Assembly (NCBI GenBank): GCA_963761305.1
Contig: CAVXGK010000002.1
Span: 672,001 to 736,000 of the forward strand
Direction of reading: 5' to 3'
From: an uncultured Gemmatimonadaceae bacterium
GTDB taxonomy: Bacteria; Gemmatimonadota; Gemmatimonadetes; Gemmatimonadales; Gemmatimonadaceae
DNA: 64,000 nt
Part shown: positions 58,875 through 64,000 of the stretch, piece after piece
Numbering within the stretch: the stretch's first letter is position 1
Layout of the letters: each line of letters starts with the position of its first letter
Notes under the pieces: generated by a model
The model's database searches: none
The model's input: only the letters and a program-made list of their open reading frames with translations
What the model was told of the DNA's origin: nothing
Translations under genes and position numbers: made by a program

Positions 58875-60274
58875 CGGGCGCCGAACTGGTCGACAGGCTG
58901 GGACAGCATCGCATGCTCGGGACCGCGCCGCGCGACGAGTTGGCGTGGCTCGCCGCGCACGGCGAAACGCACCACTACGGCGTGGGTGACGTCGTGTACC
59001 GCCGTGGCGCGCCGAGCGAAGAAATGCTCGTCGTCTTGGCCGGACGCGTCGTGCAGTACGTCGACGCCGGCAGCGGGCCGCGCAAGTTCATGGAATGGCG
59101 CGGGGGCGACGTGACCGGCCTCTTACCGTACTCGCGCATGGTGTCGCCACCGGGTGACAGCATCATCGAAGAAGCCGCGGAGATCCTCAGCATTCGCCGC
59201 GAGGACTTCCCGGCGCTGATCAATCTTTGCCCGACGGTGACGGCGTCGCTCGTCCACACGATGCTCGACCGCGCCAGAGATTTCACGTCGAGTCATTTCC
59301 AGGATGAGAAGACGATGTCGCTCGGTCGTCTCGCCGCGGGAATGGCGCACGAGCTCAACAACCCGGCATCCGCCGCCGCGCGCAGCGCCACGCGGCTTCG
59401 CGACGCGTTGACAGACGCGGCGCGAGCGTCGAGCGCGCTCGAACACGCGCCGCTGACACAGGCTCAGCGCGATCGCCTGGACTCGCTTCGCCACGTCGCC
59501 GGCGACGCGACAACGCCGCGCACGGCGCTCGAGCGCGCCGACTTGGAGGAAGGACTCACGGAGTGGCTCGAAGCCCGCGCCGGAGACGCGGAGTGCGCAT
59601 CGGTCCTGGCTGAGCGCGGCATTCGCGTCGAGCAACTCGACGACCTCGCCGCTGGCCTCTCGCCGCAGGCGCTGGCAGCGGCCATTCGGCTGATCGCGGC
59701 CGAGTACACCGTGCAATCGCTCGCGTCGGACATCGACCGGGCCACGACACGAATTCACGATCTCGTGTCGGCGATGAAGCGGTTCTCCAACATGGATCGT
59801 GCGACGGTGACTGAAGCCGCCGACATCGCTCGCGGACTCGCCGACACAGTGGCCGTGATGTCGGCGCGCGCGCGGGAGAAGTCGCTCGAGCTTCGGCTGG
59901 AGGTATCGGGCGACCTGCCGCCGGTGCGGGGGCACGCGGCGGAGCTCACGCAGGTGTGGGCGAATCTGATCGACAACGCGCTCGACGCGGCCGGAGCGTC
60001 GGGGGGAATCGTCATCACTGCAACGCACGAGCACGACGATGTCGTCGTTCGCGTGATCGACGACGGCCCCGGGATCGCGGCCCACCTTCAGGCGCGCGTG
60101 TTCGATCCCTTCTACACGACCAAGCCGGTCGGGCAAGGAACCGGACTCGGTCTCGACATCGCTCGGCGAATCGTGCGGCTGCATCGCGGCCACATCACGC
60201 TGGAGTCGCGCCCCGGACGAACGGAATTCCGGGTCGCGCTTCCCGCGCTCGGACCCGAGTCGTCGTCTCCCTAG
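58871..60274 (+). CDS. Cyclic-nucleotide-binding-domain sensor histidine kinase
   Basis: GTGA overlap with kinase; cNMP-like N-terminus; AHELNNP, NLIDNA, DDGPG, FYTTK..GTGLGL. Confidence 0.93.
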   Translation: MTGAELVDRLGQHRMLGTAPRDELAWLAAHGETHHYGVGDVVYRRGAPSEEMLVVLAGRVVQYVDAGSGPRKFMEWRGGDVTGLLPYSRMVSPPGDSIIEEAAEILSIRREDFPALINLCPTVTASLVHTMLDRARDFTSSHFQDEKTMSLGRLAAGMAHELNNPASAAARSATRLRDALTDAARASSALEHAPLTQAQRDRLDSLRHVAGDATTPRTALERADLEEGLTEWLEARAGDAECASVLAERGIRVEQLDDLAAGLSPQALAAAIRLIAAEYTVQSLASDIDRATTRIHDLVSAMKRFSNMDRATVTEAADIARGLADTVAVMSARAREKSLELRLEVSGDLPPVRGHAAELTQVWANLIDNALDAAGASGGIVITATHEHDDVVVRVIDDGPGIAAHLQARVFDPFYTTKPVGQGTGLGLDIARRIVRLHRGHITLESRPGRTEFRVALPALGPESSSP

Positions 60275-60858
60275 ACGCCACAAAGGCGTCGGGCGCGCTC
60301 GATGCGCGCGACGGGAGGACCCAGTTGGGGGAGCCGCTCGACGTCCCGCGCCGGCGCGGCGATCGCGTCCGTCGGCCGGCCGCCTCCGCGATTCATCGCG
60401 AATCCCTGGTCCACCGAATAGTCGAGCGTGATCGCCGTCGAGCGCATCCCGATCGACGCCACGCGCAGCGTGCTGTCGCGCTGTTCCGGCGTCATACCGA
60501 CTGTCGAGGGAATCGGTCTCACACCCCAGCGGTCCGACACGCGCACGAGCCGACCGGAGGAATCGAAGGTGATCATCATCTGCGTTCGGACGGCAGCACG
60601 ACTCGGAAAGTAGACCTGCACGATCGTGGCGCCCGAGCCGCCCGTGTGTCCCACGATGCATTCTCCGCCCGAGTCGACGGGGGCCAGCTCGGGTTTGAAG
60701 TCGTGCAATGCCGCGGCGCCGTTGCGCGCCGTGAACGATTCGCCGGTCGAGACGAACAGATCGCGCGGTTGGCCTGCCGCCGGCGCGGCGGACCGGCAGG
60801 CAATCTGTCCGACGGTCGCCCCCAGCGTCGCGAGAGACGCGATGCGCCGCAAGCTCAC
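60271..60858 (-). CDS. Hypothetical exported protein/lipoprotein
   Basis: GTG start overlapping upstream stop; signal-like N-terminus ending IAC. Confidence 0.7.
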   Translation of the reverse strand: MSLRRIASLATLGATVGQIACRSAAPAAGQPRDLFVSTGESFTARNGAAALHDFKPELAPVDSGGECIVGHTGGSGATIVQVYFPSRAAVRTQMMITFDSSGRLVRVSDRWGVRPIPSTVGMTPEQRDSTLRVASIGMRSTAITLDYSVDQGFAMNRGGGRPTDAIAAPARDVERLPQLGPPVARIERARRLCGV

Positions 60859-61835
60859 GGCTTGCGCATGGTGCGCACTTGCATGTTGAGCTCCTCGCAG
60901 CCGGTCTCGCGAGGCGACGACGTGATGGTTATGGTGACCTCTATCGGCGTGCCGGCGGAGTCGGGTCGAGCCCACGTCCGACCCGTGATCGTGTTCTTGT
61001 CGCTGGCCGCCTTCCAGCCGGAGTCGGCCAATTGTTTGCCGTAGTGATCGAGCAGCGCGTCGGGGGTCATCGGCGTGCGGATCGACGCGCCGCTACCCAT
61101 CGAGTTCGTGAACCCGGAGAAGACACAGTCGCCGTTCATGCGCGCGTCGTTCGCGCCGAGCGGATTGTAGAGCGTCGGCATCGGCGATCGAACCGGCGGT
61201 TGGTACGGTTGCGACGGATGGCATGGGTTGAACCCCGGGGTGGACGTGACGCGCAGCGTCACGTCGGTTGCAACGCCCCGCCGACGCGTCGCCGCCATGG
61301 AAAGCATTTGCTGGTCGTTGCAGAGGAGGTCGCGGGCGAACGGCGATGACGGCACCGACGTCGTCGCCGGGCGGAAACCCCCGCCGCCATAGACGGGCGG
61401 TGGTGGAGGAGCACTCCATCCGCGTTGGGCCAGGCCTCGCTTGAAGTCGGCGAGCACCGAATCGGACGCCGTGGAAACGCTGACGACGGCAACCAGCGCG
61501 GTTCCGAGAAACGCCGAGCCGAGAACCCGGGCACCCGGCGGGACGAAGAGTTTGGGTGCGATCCACTCGGGGATCGAGCCGACGAGAATCTGCGGTTCGC
61601 CGCCGAAGCCGCCCGCCGAGACGAGCGCCGCGGCGAGATCGAGCGGAATCGAGTCGGGCTCGGCGAGGCGACGGGACTCCTGGGCGCGCGTGGGCGACGC
61701 GAGGGCGGCCGCAAAGGCAAACGCGACGGCGAGTTTGGGCAGGCGTGGGTGCAAGGCAGGCTCGGTGGGATGGAGTCGTGGGAGTCGCCGGCGTCGACGG
61801 TTCTGCAATGATAACAGGTCAATGCGCAAACGCAC
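60855..61835 (-). CDS. Hypothetical secreted protein (likely start near 61754)
   Basis: Signal peptide LAVAFAFAAALASPTRAQ; long ORF with GC3 bias. Confidence 0.75.
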   Translation of the reverse strand: MRLRIDLLSLQNRRRRRLPRLHPTEPALHPRLPKLAVAFAFAAALASPTRAQESRRLAEPDSIPLDLAAALVSAGGFGGEPQILVGSIPEWIAPKLFVPPGARVLGSAFLGTALVAVVSVSTASDSVLADFKRGLAQRGWSAPPPPPVYGGGGFRPATTSVPSSPFARDLLCNDQQMLSMAATRRRGVATDVTLRVTSTPGFNPCHPSQPYQPPVRSPMPTLYNPLGANDARMNGDCVFSGFTNSMGSGASIRTPMTPDALLDHYGKQLADSGWKAASDKNTITGRTWARPDSAGTPIEVTITITSSPRETGCEELNMQVRTMRKP

Positions 61836-61844
61836 GCCCGACCT

Positions 61845-61880
61845 GCAAAGAGGCCCGGCGTCGCCGCCGGGCCTCTTTGC
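61845..61880. terminator. Intrinsic terminator-like hairpin
   Basis: GCAAAGAGGCCCGGCG-tcgc-CGCCGGGCCTCTTTGC downstream of the 61919..62593 gene. Confidence 0.75.
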
Positions 61881-61918
61881 TTACGTCGCGATCGTACGGA
61901 CAACCGCGCCTACGCGAA

Positions 61919-62593
61919 TCAGTTGGCCAGGAAGGGAATCCTCACGGTGCCGAGCACCGCGCCCGACGCCTCGTCGACGATGTCGGCGCGGAGCGTGAAC
62001 ACTCGCTCGCCGCGGCGGAATGCCTTGAAGTAGACGAAACCGCCCGCCGTGGCGCCCGGATTGATGACGCCCTCGGGCAGGGCTCGCTGCACCATCTCCT
62101 GCGTGGGCAGCGCAACGTCCGTGTACACGGTGAGATACGGCTGGTAGTACTGCGGATCATATATGAAACCGCCGTTGTACCGGACCAACATCGGCGCCGT
62201 CCGGTACGCGTACGCGTATCCGGTGTAGTAGTAGGGATCCTGAATCGTGACCGGCACGCTCACCTTGCCGCCGATGTTGTAGGGCGGAATGATGTCGTAT
62301 CGCGTCCCGCCGCCGTCGGTGAGCGTGATGTCCTTGTATCGCACGACGATCGGATGGTCGCCGTTGTTGGCAAACTGCATCAACACCGGCGTCACCCTCG
62401 TTTCGAGCCCGGGGGGATCGAAGTGCCACGCTTGCATGTGCGCCGACACCTGCACGCCGGCCGCCGTGCCGAGGGCGCCGTCTCCCGGACCGGCCGCTGG
62501 CGTCGCTCCCACGGCGGGGGTCAATTCGGCGTACGATCGAGCGCAACCCGCGGCCGCGACCGCTCCCGCGACGAGAAGTATTCTAGAATTCAC
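61919..62593 (-). CDS. Hypothetical lipoprotein
   Basis: AAGGAGG RBS, GTG start, lipobox AAGC; LPEGVINPG...GFVYF. Confidence 0.85.
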   Translation of the reverse strand: MNSRILLVAGAVAAAGCARSYAELTPAVGATPAAGPGDGALGTAAGVQVSAHMQAWHFDPPGLETRVTPVLMQFANNGDHPIVVRYKDITLTDGGGTRYDIIPPYNIGGKVSVPVTIQDPYYYTGYAYAYRTAPMLVRYNGGFIYDPQYYQPYLTVYTDVALPTQEMVQRALPEGVINPGATAGGFVYFKAFRRGERVFTLRADIVDEASGAVLGTVRIPFLAN

Positions 62594-62618
62594 AACCGCC
62601 TCCTTCAGGCGAACAGAA

Positions 62619-62849
62619 TCATCGTTTTCTGGTTACGTCATCGTCATTCGGCTTCCTCGTGGAGGCGGGGCGATCGGATCGGGGGGGGTGTGCGGGGTGC
62701 TCAGGATGCTCGTCGAGGCCGCGGTCCTCAGGACGGGCGGGCGCGCGCACGTTGTGGCGCCGCCCTTTCGACACACCGGCGGACTCTGGGTCGACGCCGG
62801 GCCTTTTGCTTCCGTCGCGCATGGGACCATCCTTCGCGCGAGCCATCAT
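62619..62849 (-). CDS. Possible small hydrophilic protein
   Basis: MMARAKDGP...DDDVTRKR fills the gap on the same strand as its neighbours. Confidence 0.4.
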   Translation of the reverse strand: MMARAKDGPMRDGSKRPGVDPESAGVSKGRRHNVRAPARPEDRGLDEHPEHPAHPPRSDRPASTRKPNDDDVTRKR

Positions 62850-62923
62850 GTCGCACCCGCGCGTACCTCTGGCGACGATAAAGGCAGACTTCGGGCCGCG
62901 CCACCGCGACCGGGGATGGAGCT

Positions 62924-64000
62924 CTACTGGAGCGGCTTCAGATTCAGCCGAGCCTGCACCTTCGACGCGACGCAATCGCCGAGCTTGCGACCCTCGAGGT
63001 TGCCTGACGGGAAGTGGATGCCGCCGTAGATGCGCGACATGCCCGCCTCGATCGCCGCATCGCGGAAGGAGTTGAACTTCCGCACGGCGTGCCCGAGCGG
63101 AATGCTCGTGCTGTCCTCGAACGGCGCTGTGCCAAGGATCGCGGTCATCGCATCGGCGGCCGCAGCCGAGATCGTCGAGTGACCTGCTAGGTACTCGGGG
63201 AAGGGCGGAGTCGGGATCGCCGGTTCCCAGGTCGAGTCCATCGTCTCGCGAATGAACGTGCGCGGGCGAATCAGGTTGAGCCGGAACTTGTAACCCCACG
63301 CCGCGATGAACGCATCGTTGAGCGAGACGCTCGTCGCCACCATCACCCACGCCGCCTGTGCCGCACTCAGGTGACGCTCGGTCACCATTTGGCTGGCGAT
63401 CGAGAGCCAGTGTCCCGCGGGAGTTCCCGTCTCGCCGCCGTTGTCCGCCCAGTAGAGCGCGGTCTCGCGCTGGGCGGGCGTGAGCTGCTTGCCGGTTTCC
63501 CAGACGACACGTGCGTCCTCGTAGAGCGGCGTGCCTGGCTTCAGCGAGAACGTCGGCGGCAACGGCGCCGGGCAGTCGTTCCACGCGTGAAGGACGAAGG
63601 GACGATTGTACCCCCAGTACGGCTCGGTCACGCCGGCCATGTTCGTGGGAGGAAGCGTTTTTCGCCCGGAGCGCTTTGGCCGATCGAGAATGAGGGAACG
63701 ATCATCGACCGTTCCCGCTCGCAGCGCGTTCGCCGGATTGCTCGGCGTCACGGCCTGGCTCGCACCGGAGAGACTTTGCGTCGCGTAGAGGGTGGCCGGG
63801 TCGTCGTTCACCCAGAGCCCCGCGCCGACCGGCGCGACGTACGCTTTGCCGCGCGTGCTGTCGAAGCCGTCGCCGTGCGACCACGAGACGATGGCCAATC
63901 CGATTCGCCGACCGAAATCGGTGGATCGCGCCGCGACGTCGCCGGCGACGCCGAGGTCCCGCCGCGCGTGCTCGAGCGAATCGGCGAGGCGGCTCAACGC
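62924..64000 (-). CDS. Vanadium-dependent haloperoxidase/PAP2 family protein (5' end outside window)
   Basis: WGYKFRLNLIRP, TPPFPEYLAGHS, SRIYGGIHF. Confidence 0.9.
   Translation of the reverse strand, partial: ALSRLADSLEHARRDLGVAGDVAARSTDFGRRIGLAIVSWSHGDGFDSTRGKAYVAPVGAGLWVNDDPATLYATQSLSGASQAVTPSNPANALRAGTVDDRSLILDRPKRSGRKTLPPTNMAGVTEPYWGYNRPFVLHAWNDCPAPLPPTFSLKPGTPLYEDARVVWETGKQLTPAQRETALYWADNGGETGTPAGHWLSIASQMVTERHLSAAQAAWVMVATSVSLNDAFIAAWGYKFRLNLIRPRTFIRETMDSTWEPAIPTPPFPEYLAGHSTISAAAADAMTAILGTAPFEDSTSIPLGHAVRKFNSFRDAAIEAGMSRIYGGIHFPSGNLEGRKLGDCVASKVQARLNLKPLQ

Overview
High-GC accessory region of a free-living bacterium. The gene content (acidobacterial-type PadR beside MacB/FtsX 'ADOP' permeases, an ECF sigma coupled to a Ser/Thr kinase, TPR-TonB) suggests Gemmatimonadota or Acidobacteriota; this is inference. 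About 55 genes cover transport (2 ABC permeases, 2 MFS, a tripartite RND pump, AI-2E), many hydrolases and oxidoreductases, general-stress and probable trehalose functions (Dps, GH15, GH65 + beta-PGM, di-heme peroxidase, peroxiredoxin) and signalling. No rRNA, tRNA, CRISPR array, integrase, transposase or reverse transcriptase was recognised. The most unusual features are non-coding. (1) A ~490-nt intergenic segment (7461-7950) folds into a nested, rod-like multi-helix structure with G-U pairs favouring the + strand. (2) It is followed by a degenerate 21-bp-period array running up to the RBS of a truncated helical-protein gene, and a second ~35-unit 21-bp array lies at 9766-10495. (3) An 11-bp tandem repeat between the ECF sigma and kinase genes forms eight GTGA-overlapped tetrapeptide mini-ORFs. 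Also present: a 45-bp x5 tandem repeat, a 113-bp gene-fragment duplication, several gene remnants and three single-base frameshifts that may be sequencing errors. All family assignments are by eye from motifs; no database search was run.
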